From positions 128,132,397 through 128,196,396 of the forward strand of contig CM097887.1 of NCBI GenBank assembly GCA_044892525.1: DNA of 64,000 bases. Reading direction: 5' to 3'. Position numbers and translations under genes: made by a program. Every line of letters starts with the position of its first letter. The first letter of the stretch is position 1. Below, piece after piece: positions 62,880-64,000 of the stretch. Below the pieces are notes generated by a model, which did no database searches, was not told where the DNA came from, and was given only the letters and a program-made list of their open reading frames with translations. The stretch is from Schmidtea polychroa (Eukaryota).

Positions 62880-64000
62880 ATTTATTTTTCAGTAAATGTC
62901 AGTTTTGTATTTAAAGAAATCTTTGATTGAAAGTAATTGGTTTATAAAAAAAATGAAAAAATTGTATCATTCAATAGAAATTGATAAATTTAATTTATGC
63001 AAATATTTGTTTATTTATAAAAAAATTTGAGAATAACCTTTTATTGAAATTGTAAATAATTACATTGCAAGATCAAGCAGTCACAATTTTGGAAATAGTT
63101 CAATTTCATTTAGAAGAATGTTTTTTGGGGAAAATCCCAAATCAACTAAAAAACCTTTAGAAAAAGTCAAACGTATCTGAAAAAGATTTTTGTTTTACTG
63201 AAACAGAAACTACATTTATTTTTCTAAGTTCTGTTAGCATTTTAAATGCATGAGGAAACATCTATAAATAAACATATTTTCGTTTGTTTTAAATATTAGT
63301 AATTTTCTTGTTTTGTAGGAAAACTTGCAAAATCTGCATTCCGTTTTTCATGAGAAAGGTATCTAAAGAATTTGCTATGTACTTGAAGATATTGTAGTCT
63401 TTTCAGCAAGTAGAAAGTCCATGGGTATAAATTTTTCGAAAATTTGTTATTGAACTTTACGATAAATTGGTATGGGAAACATAATTATAAATAAAATACA
63501 TGCTGAATTTGATCGTAAGAAAAAGAAATCTACTTTGTAATTGATATTGAGACTCAAGTTATGACAAATTGTTGAATTAATTAATTTGTTTTAATTTGAT
63601 ATTGAGATTGATTAAAATGAAATAGTTGTCAAATATCAATTTTCTTTATCCTTCAGTAAAATATTAATTTTTTTATTCACCTATGATCGTTTGCTTTCAC
63701 TATTTAATTTATCTTCTTTATGAAACTTGGTCAGAAATATATTTTCACATGTAACACAAAGAGAGTGTCGAAAAATTAATTTATATAGGAAAGTTAAATT
63801 TTCATCTAAAATGACAAAAAATGAAATTTTTTATCTTTATTTTACATTCTGTGAATTCTGTGAAAGATAAAAGAAATTCATAATTATAATAGTTATGATA
63901 TTTAATTATGATGGGTAATAATTTGGCTTGATGCTTTTAAAAAAAGAAAAATTGTAATAAATAAACAAATGATGGAAACCAAGCGTTTTAAAAATGATCT

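Overview
AT-rich eukaryotic (animal) genomic DNA, not prokaryotic. It has spliced genes with very short (40-56 nt) and multi-kb introns and a dense transposon load. This is consistent with a spiralian such as a planarian flatworm (inference only). Host genes: an 8-exon CYRI/FAM49 gene (+, 3669-20365); a signal-peptide + MANEC-domain ORF nested antisense in CYRI intron 4; a single-exon ANKRD40-like gene (+); a 7-exon GRIP-domain golgin most like GCC2/GCC185 (-, 44664-24434, about 1354 aa); a highly diverged ALDH16A1-like single-exon ORF (-); and a single-exon 7TM class A GPCR (-). Mobile DNA: a nearly intact 3.7-kb hAT with perfect TSD and one nonsense codon, a TSD-bounded MULE, a Merlin, IS630/Tc1 and pogo/Tigger remnants, Buster, hATm-like and BED-hAT remnants, several hAT/TA/TTAA MITEs, a gag remnant and LINE scraps. 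Other features: a 9 x 184-bp satellite, a long foldback hairpin, an unexplained GC-rich ORF island (about 47.6-49.0 kb) and an assembly gap. No rRNA, tRNA or CRISPR was recognised. All family assignments come from motif recognition by eye, not database searches.
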